The position numbers and the translations under genes were made by a program. A DNA stretch of 64,000 nt from Paracoccus sp. (in: a-proteobacteria) (lineage in GTDB: Bacteria > Pseudomonadota > Alphaproteobacteria > Rhodobacterales > Rhodobacteraceae), in NCBI RefSeq assembly GCF_030538695.1, contig NZ_JAUNTN010000003.1:13678-77677 (forward strand), in the 5' to 3' direction. The notes beneath the pieces were generated by a model. That model had not been told where the DNA came from and made no database searches. It saw only the letters and a list, made by a program, of their open reading frames with translations. Below, in pieces: positions 18,483-28,593 of this stretch. Each line of letters opens with the position of its first letter. Position 1 is the first letter of the stretch.

Positions 18483-19775
18483 TTATTCTTGTGGCCGAAC
18501 GGCCTGACCCGCGACATAAGTTTGCACCACGGCGCGATCATCGCCAAGTGTTTGCAGCAAGAACAGCTCATCCGCCAGCGGGTCACGCCCATCCTGCACC
18601 CGTGCCATGCGCAGGCGCATCGCTGGGGTCGCGCTGCTGTCCAGCACCACCAGATCGGCGGCGGTTCCGGGGTCCAGCGTCCCGACATCCGCCATCCCCA
18701 TCGCCTGCGCATTGCCGCGTGTGATCCAATGCGCGGCGGCCAGCGGGTGCATCCGCTGGCGCTGCATTTGCAGAACCTTGAAGCCCTCGTCGGCGGTTTT
18801 CAGCATCGACCAGCTTGTGCCGCCGCCGATGTCGGTTGCGATCCCTGCGACCACGCCTGCATCGCGCAGCCGTCGCGCGTCATAAAGGCCTGATCCCAGA
18901 AACAGGTTCGAGGTCGGGCAGAAAACCGCGCGGCTGCCGGTTTCCGCCATACGGGCGATTTCGCGGTCAGACAGGTGGATGGCATGGCCGAAAAGGCTGT
19001 TTGGGCCAAGCAGGCCAAAGCGGTCGTAAACGTCCAGATAATCGCTCGCTTCCGGGTAAAGCTGCATGGTCAGCGCGATTTCGTCATGGTTTTCCGATAG
19101 ATGCGTTTGCATCAGGCAGTCGGGGTTTTCCGCCACCAACGCGCCCGCCGCCTGCAACTGCGCGGGCGTCGAGGTGATCGCAAAGCGCGGCGTAATCGCA
19201 TAGCGCAGCCGCCCGCGCCCGTGCCAGCGGGCAATCAGCGCGGCGCTGTCATCATAGCTGGCCTGCGCCGTGTCCAGCACCCCCGGCGGGGCATTGCGGT
19301 CCATCATCACCTTGCCCGCCGCCAGCGCCATGCCGCGCGCATCAGCCTGCTGCATCAGCGCATCCACGCTGGCCGCATGTGCGGAACCAAAGACGCAGGC
19401 CGTCGTGGTGCCGTGGCGCAGCAACTCATCCAGAAACGCGCCTGCCATGACCTGCGCATGGGCGGAGTCGGCATAGCGGGATTCCTCGGGGAAGGTGTGG
19501 TCGTTCAGCCAGTCCAGAAGCTGATCGGCATAAGAGGCCACCACCTGAAGCTGCGGGAAATGGATATGTGGATCGACAAAGCCGGGCAGGATCAGATGCG
19601 GGCGGTGGTCGATCTCGGGCAGGCCCTCGGCCCGCAGATCGGCATATTCGCCCATCGCCTCGATCCGGCCATCCGCGACGATCAGCGCCCCGTCAGGGAT
19701 ATAGCGGTGGTTGTCCGCCGTTGTGAACGGGTCGGCGTGAAAGCTCAGCAGGCGGCCTCGGATCAACTGGCGCAT
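18483..19775 (-). CDS. guaD: guanine deaminase
   Basis: 430 aa amidohydrolase with HxH metal motif PGFVDPHIHFPQ; guanine deaminase family. Confidence 0.85.
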   Translation of the reverse strand: MRQLIRGRLLSFHADPFTTADNHRYIPDGALIVADGRIEAMGEYADLRAEGLPEIDHRPHLILPGFVDPHIHFPQLQVVASYADQLLDWLNDHTFPEESRYADSAHAQVMAGAFLDELLRHGTTTACVFGSAHAASVDALMQQADARGMALAAGKVMMDRNAPPGVLDTAQASYDDSAALIARWHGRGRLRYAITPRFAITSTPAQLQAAGALVAENPDCLMQTHLSENHDEIALTMQLYPEASDYLDVYDRFGLLGPNSLFGHAIHLSDREIARMAETGSRAVFCPTSNLFLGSGLYDARRLRDAGVVAGIATDIGGGTSWSMLKTADEGFKVLQMQRQRMHPLAAAHWITRGNAQAMGMADVGTLDPGTAADLVVLDSSATPAMRLRMARVQDGRDPLADELFLLQTLGDDRAVVQTYVAGQAVRPQE

Positions 19776-20491
19776 TTTGGGCCTTTCGTCAGTGTGGCGA
19801 TGATTTCGGCGGCGGTAAAGGCCGCAATGATTTCAGGGCGTTTGTCGGGGGAAAACCCCGCGCCTATGGGGCAGATCAGCGGGCCGGGGTCAAGCCCTTC
19901 GCGCCGGACATGAGCATCAAAGCGGGCGCGTTTCGTGGCGCTGCCGATCAGCCCGATATAGGCGGCGTCCCCACGGCGCAGGGCCTCGGTCGCCAGCGCG
20001 AAATCCAGCGCGTGATCGTGGGTGGCGATGACAAAGGCGCTGCCGGGGCGGGCGGCGCGGATCGCGGCTTCGGGCAGGGCGGTCAGGTGGCTGCGGCCTG
20101 CGTCCAACCGTGCCAGCTCCTCTGCCCGCTGGTCGTAAACGCTGACGTTCAGCGGCAGCAGCACCGCCGCCCGCGCCAAGGCCCGGCCCACATGGCCGGC
20201 GCCAAAGATCAGCAGGTCATGGCGCGGGTCAGCCGCAGGTGCGGTATCAACCCGCTGAAAAGACAGCGCCACCCAGCCACCGCAGCATTGCGCGATCTCT
20301 GGCCCAAGTGCGGTTTCCAGATGGGCGCTGTCCTGCCCGGCCTTCAGCATGGCGCGGGCCTTGTCGATGGCGATGGATTCCAGCGCCCCGCCGCCGATAC
20401 TGCCCTGCGTGTCATGGGGCAGGACCAGCATCCACGCCCCGACCTCGCGCGGGGCAGAGCCGCGCAGGCGTTCCACCCGCACCCGGATCAT
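19763..20491 (-). CDS. xdhC: xanthine dehydrogenase accessory/maturation factor
   Basis: 242 aa XdhC/CoxI family; 4-bp overlap with xdhB. Confidence 0.8.
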   Translation of the reverse strand: MIRVRVERLRGSAPREVGAWMLVLPHDTQGSIGGGALESIAIDKARAMLKAGQDSAHLETALGPEIAQCCGGWVALSFQRVDTAPAADPRHDLLIFGAGHVGRALARAAVLLPLNVSVYDQRAEELARLDAGRSHLTALPEAAIRAARPGSAFVIATHDHALDFALATEALRRGDAAYIGLIGSATKRARFDAHVRREGLDPGPLICPIGAGFSPDKRPEIIAAFTAAEIIATLTKGPKCAS

Positions 20492-22749
20492 CGCCGCGCC
20501 GCAATCGCCATCAGCACCCGTTCCGGTGTGGCGGGCGCGTCCAGCCCGACCGGCTGACGCGGATCACCGAACGAGGCCACCGCCGCCTGAATCGCCTGAA
20601 ACACGCTGATCGCCAGCATGAAGGGCGGTTCCCCCACCGCCTTTGACCGGCGGATCGTCGGCTTTTCCGCCTGTGACCAATCGGCCAGCGCCAGCCGGAA
20701 ATCACGGGGCCGATCGCTGGCCACCGGGATTTTATAGGTCGAAGGCGCGTGTGTGCGCAGCCGCCCCTGATCGTCCCACCATAATTCCTCGGTGGTCAGC
20801 CATCCCATGCCCTGAACAAAGGCGCCCTCGACCTGACCGCGGTCCAGCGCCGGGTTCAGGCTGCGGCCCACATCATGCAGGATGTCCACCCGTTCCACGC
20901 GATATTCGCCGGTCAGGCTGTCCACGCTGACCTCGGATACGGCTGCGCCATAGGCGAAATAATAGAACGGATGGCCCCGCCCCTCGGCGCGGTTCCAGTG
21001 GATGTCGGGGGTTTTGTAAAATCCTGCCGCCGACAGATGCACCCGCGCCAGATAGGCCATGCGGATCAGGTCGGGAAAGCTGATTGTTTCATCCCCCGCC
21101 TGCACGGTTTCATCTTGAAAGCTGATCTGATCCGGGTTCAGCCCTTTGGTTTCACACAAGAAATCGACCAGACGCGTCTTGATCTGCTGGGCCGCGTCCT
21201 GCGCTGCCATGCCGTTCAGATCGGTGCCGGAACTGGCCGCCGTGGCCGAGGTGTTCGGCACCTGATCGGTCGATGTGGCGGTGATGCGCACCCGGTTCAG
21301 CCCGACCTGAAACACGTCTGCCACCACCTGCGCGACCTTGGTGTGCAGACCCTGGCCCATTTCGGTGCCGCCATGGTTCAGCCGGATTGAGCCATCGGCA
21401 TAAATATGCACCAAGGCCCCCGCCTGATTGAAATGCGTGGCGGTAAAGCTGATCCCGAACTTGACCGGCGTCAGCGCGATGCCGCGCCGGATCGTGCCGC
21501 CCCGCGCGTTCCATTCCGCCACCGCCGTGCGCCGTGCCTGATAGTCGCTGCTGCTTTCCAATTCATCCAGCAGGCGCGGCAGGATCTGATCCTCGACCGG
21601 CTGGTGATAGGGGGTCAGATCGCCGTTGCGATACAGGTTGCGGCGGCGGACCGTCAGCGGGTCGAAGCCCAGCACAGTTGCTATATCATCGACGATGCGT
21701 TCCGCCACGATCACCCCTTGCGGGCCGCCAAAGCCGCGAAAGGCGGTATTGCTGACGGTATTGGTGCGCATCGGGTGACTGCGCAGGGTCACATCGGGGT
21801 AGAAATAGGCGTTGTCGCCATGAAACAGTGCCCGATCCGTTACCGCGCCCGACAGGTCGGCGGAAAAGCCGCAGCGCGCAAACCAGTCGCCGTCCACCGC
21901 CAGAATCCGGCCCTGATCGTCAAAGCCAACGCTGTAATCTACAATGAAATCATGGCGCTTTCCGGTGGTGAGCATGTCCTCGTCACGGTCGGGGCGCAGC
22001 TTGACGGTACGGCCCAAGCGGCGGGCGGCCATTGCGGCAAGGCAGGCGAACAGGTTCATCTGGGTTTCCTTGCCACCAAAGCCGCCGCCCATCCGCCGCA
22101 CCCGCACCGTCACCGCGCTGGAAGGCAGATCAAGCGCATGGGCCACCATATGCTGCACTTCGGACGGGTGCTGTGTGCTGACATGGATCAGCATTCCGCC
22201 ATCATCATCGGGTTCGGCAAGGGCGATCTGGCCTTCGAGGTAAAAGTGATCCTGCCCGCCAATCCGCATCCGCCCTTGCAGCCGGTGCGGGGCTGCCGCG
22301 AAGGCCGGGCCGGGGTCGCCACGCCGCAGGACCATCCCCGGCACGACGGTTTCATGCGCATCCATCGCATCCAGAACGGCGGGCAGGGGCGCATAGTCCA
22401 CCGCAGCCAGCCGCACTGCCGCCCGTGCCTGCAACCGGGTCTGCGCCACCACGGCAAAGACCGGCTGACCGTGGAAACTGACCATCCCCGGCGCAAGGAT
22501 CGGGTCATCGCCCAACCCGTTCGGGCTGACATCATTATGCGGCAGATCATCCGCGGTCAGAACCGCAACCACCCCGGGCGCGGTCCGCACCGCCCCAAGG
22601 TCCAGCCGCGTGATCCGGCCATGCGCGCAATCCGACAGGCCAAGCGCCATATGCAGCAAATCCGCCCGTTCCGCCCGATCGTCGGTGTAATCCGCCTGCC
22701 CGGTCACATGGGCAAGGGCGCTGTCATGGGGGGCGTCGCGGTGGATCAT
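20488..22749 (-). CDS. xdhB: xanthine dehydrogenase molybdopterin-binding large subunit
   Basis: ~750 aa aldehyde oxidase/xanthine dehydrogenase Mo-binding domains; ATG at 22749 gives an ATGA overlap with the xdhA stop (track ORF starts at 22764). Confidence 0.85.
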   Translation of the reverse strand: MIHRDAPHDSALAHVTGQADYTDDRAERADLLHMALGLSDCAHGRITRLDLGAVRTAPGVVAVLTADDLPHNDVSPNGLGDDPILAPGMVSFHGQPVFAVVAQTRLQARAAVRLAAVDYAPLPAVLDAMDAHETVVPGMVLRRGDPGPAFAAAPHRLQGRMRIGGQDHFYLEGQIALAEPDDDGGMLIHVSTQHPSEVQHMVAHALDLPSSAVTVRVRRMGGGFGGKETQMNLFACLAAMAARRLGRTVKLRPDRDEDMLTTGKRHDFIVDYSVGFDDQGRILAVDGDWFARCGFSADLSGAVTDRALFHGDNAYFYPDVTLRSHPMRTNTVSNTAFRGFGGPQGVIVAERIVDDIATVLGFDPLTVRRRNLYRNGDLTPYHQPVEDQILPRLLDELESSSDYQARRTAVAEWNARGGTIRRGIALTPVKFGISFTATHFNQAGALVHIYADGSIRLNHGGTEMGQGLHTKVAQVVADVFQVGLNRVRITATSTDQVPNTSATAASSGTDLNGMAAQDAAQQIKTRLVDFLCETKGLNPDQISFQDETVQAGDETISFPDLIRMAYLARVHLSAAGFYKTPDIHWNRAEGRGHPFYYFAYGAAVSEVSVDSLTGEYRVERVDILHDVGRSLNPALDRGQVEGAFVQGMGWLTTEELWWDDQGRLRTHAPSTYKIPVASDRPRDFRLALADWSQAEKPTIRRSKAVGEPPFMLAISVFQAIQAAVASFGDPRQPVGLDAPATPERVLMAIAARR

Positions 22750-24104
22750 TGCCAGCCCTCCCAAGCGCGGCGGATCAGGTTTCCGGCCAGCATTCGCCGA
22801 TATTCCGCGCTGGCCCGCATATCGGTCAGCGGGGTGAAATCCCCCTCGGCGGCGCGGGCGGCGGCGTCGAAGGTGGCGGCGGTAAAGGGCTGGCCGATCA
22901 GCGCGGCCTCGGCCCCCTGCGCTCGGCGTGGGATGCCATCCAGCCCGCCATAGGCCAGCCGCGCGTCCGTGATCTGCCCACCCTCATGGCGCAGCCAGAA
23001 CCCCATCGCCACGGCGGTAATGTCGCTGTCGCGCCGCTTGCTGACCTTTTCCGCCGCGACCAGATCACCGGGGGCAGGGCGGGGAATGTCGATATATTCC
23101 AGAAACTCGCCCGGCTGGCGGTCTTGCTTGCCATAGGTCAGGAAATAATCCTGCAAGGGGATCTCGCGCCGTTGGTCGCCCCGCCGCAGCCCGATCCGGG
23201 TGCCAAGCGCGATCAGCAGCGGTGGCATATCCCCGATGGGCGAGCCGTTGGCGATATTGCCACCGACCGTCCCCGCATTGCGCACCTGCCAGCCGCCGAT
23301 GCGTTGCAGATACGGCCCGACCGCCGGGGCCAGTGCCGCCAGCGCAGGTGCGGCGCGGGTATAGGTGACGCCCGCGCCAAGTCGCAGGCTATCCCCCCGG
23401 TCCTCGATCCCCTGCATCAGATGGCCGATGAATATGGCGGGCGCGATGTCGCGCATCTGTTTCGTCACCCACAGCCCCACATCCGTTGCCCCCGCCACCA
23501 GTGTGGCATCCGGCGAGGCCGCATAGGCGCGGGCCAGCGCGTCCTCATCCACGGGGATCATGGGGCTGTCCGCCGGGGCAATCGCCGCCAGTCGCGCCAC
23601 CATATTGCCCCCGGCCAGAGGGTCCGCCGGTCCCGCCGCCTGCGCCGCCGCAATGATCGATCCGTATCCCGTGCAGCGGCACAGGTTTCCCTGCAACGCG
23701 ACCTCAATATCATGTATCGAGGGGGCCGCATTCTGCTGCCGCAGCGCGTGCAGCACCACCGCGATACCGGGCGAGCAGAACCCGCATTGGCTGGCGTGGT
23801 GATCTACCATTGCTTGTTGCACCGGGGCAGGACCATGCACTGCCAGCCCCTCGACGGTGACGATATGCTGACCGTGACAGGTTGCCAGCGGACGGATGCA
23901 GGCGTTCACGGGCGCATAGGTCATGCGGCCCTGATCCACGCGACCGACCAGCACGCTGCACGCGCCACAGTCACCTTCGGCGCAGCCTTCCTTGCTGCCG
24001 GTCAGCCCCCGGTTCAGCCGCAGATAGTCCAGCAGCATATCACCCGGCGCGGCCTCGGGGGCCACATCCTGATCGTTCAGCACAAAGCGCACAGCCGCCA
24101 TCAA
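22746..24104 (-). CDS. xdhA: xanthine dehydrogenase small subunit (2Fe-2S + FAD-binding)
   Basis: N-terminal Cys clusters CAEGDCGAC and CGFCSPG, then an FAD-binding domain; 452 aa. Confidence 0.85.
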   Translation of the reverse strand: MMAAVRFVLNDQDVAPEAAPGDMLLDYLRLNRGLTGSKEGCAEGDCGACSVLVGRVDQGRMTYAPVNACIRPLATCHGQHIVTVEGLAVHGPAPVQQAMVDHHASQCGFCSPGIAVVLHALRQQNAAPSIHDIEVALQGNLCRCTGYGSIIAAAQAAGPADPLAGGNMVARLAAIAPADSPMIPVDEDALARAYAASPDATLVAGATDVGLWVTKQMRDIAPAIFIGHLMQGIEDRGDSLRLGAGVTYTRAAPALAALAPAVGPYLQRIGGWQVRNAGTVGGNIANGSPIGDMPPLLIALGTRIGLRRGDQRREIPLQDYFLTYGKQDRQPGEFLEYIDIPRPAPGDLVAAEKVSKRRDSDITAVAMGFWLRHEGGQITDARLAYGGLDGIPRRAQGAEAALIGQPFTAATFDAAARAAEGDFTPLTDMRASAEYRRMLAGNLIRRAWEGWQ

Positions 24105-24196
24105 TCGCCCCCATGTTCAGCCGTGCCAGCTTAGCGGAACCCTGCGCCGGGGCAACCGGCTGACATGCGTTGAGCTGAGCGATTCACCATCCGCCC

Positions 24197-24236
24197 ATCT
24201 GGCAGGCAGATCGCTGCACAATCAGGCAGATTGCGC
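24197..24236. promoter_or_regulatory. direct repeat CAGGCAGAT x2 (20-bp spacing) in the xdhA/ureD divergent intergenic region
   Basis: caggcagat at 24203-24211 and 24223-24231, each followed by (c/t)gc, inside the 205-bp divergent region. Confidence 0.3.
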
Positions 24237-24309
24237 CGTCCATTCCCCGGCCTGCCCGGATTTTGGGCGCATCGCTGGACAAAGACCCCGCCCGGCGCAA
24301 GCTGGCGGC

Positions 24310-25089
24310 ATGAACGCACCCGCCCATATCCTGCCCCGCAGCCATGGCCGCGCCGAGATCGCTCTGGACGGCGCCCGCCTGACGCGGCTGTTTCAGCAGG
24401 GCTGCGCGAAAATCCTGCTGCCGCGCGGGCGGGACGAGGCGGTGTTTACCAATACCGCAGGCGGTATCACCGGCGGCGATCGTATCGCGCTGGCGGCCAG
24501 CCTTGGTGCGGGCGACCGTTTGACCATGACCACTCAGGCTGCCGAGCGTATCTATCGCAGCGCGGGTGGGGTGGCGCGGGTGACGAATGAGCTGACCCTT
24601 GCTGCCGGGGCGCGGCTGGATTGGCTGCCACAGGAAACCATCCTGTTCAACGGTGCCGCGCTGGACCGCTGTCTGACCGTCCATATGGCCGGGGACGCAC
24701 AACTTCTGGCGCTGGAAACCCTGATTTTTGGCCGGGCCGCGCATGGCGAGGTCATCACCCGCCTGCACCTGCGCGACAACTGGCGCATCCATCGCGGCGG
24801 GCGGCTGATCCATGCGGAATCGTTGCGCCTTGATGGGCTGCCCGGCACCCCTGCGACCACCGCAGGCATAGGCGCGGCAGCAACACTGGTGCTGGCCGCC
24901 CCCGGCGTGGGTGACCGTCTGGATGCCGCCCGCGCCATGCTGACCGGCGCGGCGGGCGCAACCGCCCCTTTGCCTGATCTGCTGGTGGTGCGGCTGCTGG
25001 CCCCCTCGGGGCAGGCGCTGCGGGCCATGCTGATCCCGTTGATTCACCTGCTGCGCGGCAGCCGCCCGCCGCGCGTCTGGCAACTCTGA
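24310..25089 (+). CDS. ureD: urease accessory protein UreD/UreH
   Basis: 259 aa UreD family; first gene of the urease cluster. Confidence 0.8.
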   Translation: MNAPAHILPRSHGRAEIALDGARLTRLFQQGCAKILLPRGRDEAVFTNTAGGITGGDRIALAASLGAGDRLTMTTQAAERIYRSAGGVARVTNELTLAAGARLDWLPQETILFNGAALDRCLTVHMAGDAQLLALETLIFGRAAHGEVITRLHLRDNWRIHRGGRLIHAESLRLDGLPGTPATTAGIGAAATLVLAAPGVGDRLDAARAMLTGAAGATAPLPDLLVVRLLAPSGQALRAMLIPLIHLLRGSRPPRVWQL

Positions 25090-25099
25090 AAGGCCCGCT

Positions 25100-25402
25100 A
25101 TGAATCTGACCCCCCGCGAAAAGGACAAGCTGCTGGTGGCGCTGGCCGCCATGATCGCCCGCGACCGCCGCGCCCGAGGCGTCAAGCTGAACCATCCCGA
25201 AGCCATTGCCATCATCACCGATGCGGTGGTCGAAGGCGCTCGGGACGGGCGCAGCGTGGCCGATCTGATGCAGGCCGGGGCCGAAATCCTGCGGGCCGAG
25301 GATTGTATGCCCGGCATCCCGGACATGATCCCCGAAATCCAGATCGAGGCCACCTTTCCCGATGGCACCAAGCTCGTCACCGTTCACCACCCGATCCGAT
25401 AA
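25100..25402 (+). CDS. ureA: urease gamma subunit
   Basis: 100 aa, [13 protein letters not shown]...HHPIR canonical UreA. Confidence 0.95.
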   Translation: MNLTPREKDKLLVALAAMIARDRRARGVKLNHPEAIAIITDAVVEGARDGRSVADLMQAGAEILRAEDCMPGIPDMIPEIQIEATFPDGTKLVTVHHPIR

Positions 25403-25411
25403 GGCGCTGAT

Positions 25412-25960
25412 ATGAAAAACCTGTTCATCCTTCTGACCCTGCTGCCCTCTGCCGCGCTGGCGCATCCGGGCCATGACACCGGCGCGCCTTTCATGGCGGG
25501 TCTGAACCACCCGCTTGGCGGCACCGATCACCTGCTGGCGATGGTGGCGGTCGGCCTTTGGGCGGCACTTGCCGGAGGCCGTGCCATCTGGGCCATGCCG
25601 CTGACCTTTGTTGCGGCGATGCTGGCAGGTGGGGCCTTGGGGGCTGTGGGCATGACCCTGCCGCTGGTGGAGCCGCTGATCCTTGCCTCATCCATCATCA
25701 TCGGTGCGGCGGTGGCGCTGGCCCTGCGGCCCTCACTGGCGGCAACCCTGCCGCTGGTGGCGCTGTTCGGTCTGGCGCATGGCTTTGCTCATGGGGCTGA
25801 AGGCCCGGCCACCGGCCTGGTCGCCTATGCCGCAGGCTTTGCGCTGGCGACCGCATTGCTGCACCTTGCAGGCATCGGGCTTGGCCGCTTTGGCCTGACT
25901 GCCACCCGTCTGCTGGGCGCGGCAACCATGGCAGCGGGTCTTGCACTTGGCTTTGCATGA
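25412..25960 (+). CDS. ureJ: HupE/UreJ-family nickel transporter
   Basis: 182 aa; signal peptide then HPGHD motif; 6 TM; inserted between ureA and ureB. Confidence 0.8.
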   Translation: MKNLFILLTLLPSAALAHPGHDTGAPFMAGLNHPLGGTDHLLAMVAVGLWAALAGGRAIWAMPLTFVAAMLAGGALGAVGMTLPLVEPLILASSIIIGAAVALALRPSLAATLPLVALFGLAHGFAHGAEGPATGLVAYAAGFALATALLHLAGIGLGRFGLTATRLLGAATMAAGLALGFA

Positions 25961-25973
25961 TTTTCGACGCCGC

Positions 25974-26085
25974 AGGGGGCTTTGCCCCCTCGGGCTGACG
26001 CCCTCACCCCCAGGATATTGAGGTGAAGAAGAATGGGCATCTTTTGTCCCTAAATATCCCCGGGGGTCCGGGGGCTGGCCCCCGG
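25974..26085. repeat. palindromic intergenic repeat element, copy B (imperfect arms, same conserved loop), flanked by two GC mini-hairpins
   Basis: agggggctttgccccct (25974-25990); arms cccccaggatatt (26007-26019) / aaatatccccggggg (26052-26066) around loop gaggtgaagaagaatgggcatcttttgtccct; ccgggggctggcccccgg (26068-26085). Confidence 0.75.
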
Positions 26086-26112
26086 TCCACCTCAGCCAAA
26101 AAGGAACCCGCT

Positions 26113-26418
26113 ATGATCCCCGGCGAAATCATTCCCGCTGACGGCGACATCACCCTGAACCAAGGCCGCCCGCAGATTACCCTGACCGTGGCTAATACCG
26201 GCGACCGCCCGGTTCAGGTTGGCAGCCATTACCACTTTGCCGAAACCAACCCGGCGCTGGATTTTGATCGTCGGGCCGCGCATGGGCATCGGCTGAACAT
26301 CCCCGCAGGCACGGCGATCCGGTTCGAGCCGGGCCAGACCCGGGACGTGCCGCTGATCCCCTTTTCCGGGGAGCGCCGCGCCATTGGCTTTCGCGCCGCC
26401 GTCATGGGGGATTTGTAA
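26113..26418 (+). CDS. ureB: urease beta subunit
   Basis: [19 protein letters not shown] canonical UreB start with AAGGAA SD; the upstream in-frame GTG extension (26023) lies inside the repeat and is rejected. Confidence 0.9.
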   Translation: MIPGEIIPADGDITLNQGRPQITLTVANTGDRPVQVGSHYHFAETNPALDFDRRAAHGHRLNIPAGTAIRFEPGQTRDVPLIPFSGERRAIGFRAAVMGDL

Positions 26419-28100
26419 TGGTCAGCCTGTCCCGCGCCGATTACGCCGCGATTTACGGCCCCACCACTGGCGACTGCATCCGTCTTGCCGATACCGACCT
26501 GCTGATCGAGGTTGAGCGCGACCTGACCACCTATGGCGAGGAGGTCAAGTTCGGTGGCGGCAAGGTCATCCGCGACGGTATGGGGCAGTCGCAGAAATCC
26601 CGTGCCGAAGGTGCGATGGATACCGTCATCACCAACGCGCTGATCGTGGATGCGACGGGTATCTACAAGGCCGATGTCGGCCTGCGCGATGGGCGCATTG
26701 CAGCCATCGGCAAGGCGGGTAACCCTGATACACAGCCCGCCGTCACCGTGCTGATCGGGCCGGGAACCGAGATCATCGCGGGCGAGGGTCGCATCCTGAC
26801 CGCCGGTGCGATGGATGCGCATATCCATTACATCTGCCCGCAGCAGGTCAATGACGCGCTGCATTCCGGCGTGACCACCATGCTTGGCGGCGGCACCGGC
26901 CCGGCGCATGGTACGCTGGCCACCACCTGCACGCCGGGGCCGTGGCATATCCACCGCATGATGCAGGCCGCCGACAGCCTGCCGATGAATCTTGCGTTTG
27001 CGGGCAAGGGCAATGCCAGCCTGCCTGCCGCGCTGGAGGAACAGATCCGTGCCGGAGCCTGTGCGCTGAAGCTGCATGAGGACTGGGGGACCACCCCCGC
27101 CGCCATCGACTGTTGCCTGACCGTGGCCGACCGCCACGACATTCAGGTGATGATCCATACCGATACGCTGAACGAATCCGGCTTTGTCGAGGACACCATC
27201 CGCGCCATCAACGGTCGCACTATCCACGCCTTTCACACCGAAGGCGCGGGCGGCGGCCATGCGCCGGACATCATTCGGGTGGCGGGGCTGGCGAATGTGA
27301 TCCCGTCGTCCACCAACCCGACCCGTCCCTTCACCGTGAACACGATGGAGGAGCATCTGGACATGCTGATGGTCTGTCATCACCTTGACCGCGCCATCCC
27401 CGAGGACATCGCCTTTGCCGAATCCCGTATCCGGCGCGAGACCATCGCGGCCGAGGACATCCTGCACGACCTTGGGGCCATGTCGATCATCAGCAGCGAC
27501 AGTCAGGCGATGGGCCGCGTGGGCGAGGTGCTGATCCGCACATGGCAGACCGCGCATAAGATGCGGGGCCAGCGCGGCAAGCTGGGGGACGGCCCGGCGG
27601 ATAATTTCCGCGTCCGCCGCTATATTGCGAAATACACCATCAACCCGGCAATTGCGCATGGTATCGGCCATGAAATCGGCACTATCGAGGTTGGCAAACG
27701 TGCTGATCTGGTGCTGTGGAACCCGGCGTTTTTCGGGGTGAAGCCGGAAATGGTGCTGCTTGGCGGCATGGTGGCCATGGCGCAAATGGGCGATCCGAAT
27801 GCCTCTATCCCGACGCCGCAGCCGGTCCACTCGCGCCCGATGTTCGGGGCTTTGGGCCGGGCGCTGCACGCCAGCGCGGTGACATTCACCAGCGCCGGGG
27901 CCGATCTGCCTGAGCTGTCGAAAGCCTGCGTCGCGGTGAAAAACACCCGCAACATCGGCAAGGCCGATATGATGCTGAACGACGCTACGCCCGATATTAC
28001 CGTGGACCCTGAAACCTATGAAGTCCGCGCCGATGGCGAATTGCTGACCTGTGAACCAGCCAGCGAATTGCCGATGGCGCAACGCTATTTCCTGTTCTGA
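26418..28100 (+). CDS. ureC: urease alpha subunit
   Basis: 560 aa; amidohydrolase nickel-site HxH/KCX region ([12 protein letters not shown], ...HEDWG); TAATG overlap with ureB. Confidence 0.95.
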   Translation: MVSLSRADYAAIYGPTTGDCIRLADTDLLIEVERDLTTYGEEVKFGGGKVIRDGMGQSQKSRAEGAMDTVITNALIVDATGIYKADVGLRDGRIAAIGKAGNPDTQPAVTVLIGPGTEIIAGEGRILTAGAMDAHIHYICPQQVNDALHSGVTTMLGGGTGPAHGTLATTCTPGPWHIHRMMQAADSLPMNLAFAGKGNASLPAALEEQIRAGACALKLHEDWGTTPAAIDCCLTVADRHDIQVMIHTDTLNESGFVEDTIRAINGRTIHAFHTEGAGGGHAPDIIRVAGLANVIPSSTNPTRPFTVNTMEEHLDMLMVCHHLDRAIPEDIAFAESRIRRETIAAEDILHDLGAMSIISSDSQAMGRVGEVLIRTWQTAHKMRGQRGKLGDGPADNFRVRRYIAKYTINPAIAHGIGHEIGTIEVGKRADLVLWNPAFFGVKPEMVLLGGMVAMAQMGDPNASIPTPQPVHSRPMFGALGRALHASAVTFTSAGADLPELSKACVAVKNTRNIGKADMMLNDATPDITVDPETYEVRADGELLTCEPASELPMAQRYFLF

Positions 28101-28110
28101 AAGCCACCTT

Positions 28111-28593
28111 ATGCAACGCGCCACCACCCATCTGCACGCCCCGCTGTCCACCGCCCCCGCCGACCATATCGCGCTGGATTACGACGACCGTTTTTTGCGC
28201 CGTAAAGCCCTGCGCAGCGATTACGGGCTGGATTTTGTCGTGGACCTGCCGAAAACCGTGGCGCTGGTCCATGGTGATGCGCTGCAACTGGAGGACGGGC
28301 GGCTGGTGCAGATCATCGCCGCGCCGGAACCCGTGCTGCTGATCCGGGGCGACCTGCCGCGTCTGGCATGGCATATCGGCAACCGCCATACGCCTTGCCA
28401 GATCGAGGCCGATCATCTGGTGATCCGCGCCGATCATGTCTTGCGGGCGATGCTGGAGGGGCTTGGCGCGGATGTGACTGAGGCCCGCGCGCCCTTTACC
28501 CCCGAAGGCGGGGCTTATGGCGCGGCGCAGGTCATGGGCCATTCGCATGGACCCCATGACCACGAACACGGGCATCACCACCACCATGACTGA
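28111..28593 (+). CDS. ureE: urease accessory metallochaperone UreE with His-rich tail
   Basis: Homology starts at MQRATTHLHAP; C-terminal [17 protein letters not shown]. Confidence 0.8.
   Translation: MQRATTHLHAPLSTAPADHIALDYDDRFLRRKALRSDYGLDFVVDLPKTVALVHGDALQLEDGRLVQIIAAPEPVLLIRGDLPRLAWHIGNRHTPCQIEADHLVIRADHVLRAMLEGLGADVTEARAPFTPEGGAYGAAQVMGHSHGPHDHEHGHHHHHD

Noticed and set aside
26023-26112. In-frame GTG-initiated N-terminal extension of ureB ([15 protein letters not shown]...)
   Set aside because: The extension is entirely the translation of the palindromic repeat element. Canonical UreB starts at MIPGEII (26113) behind an AAGGAA SD.
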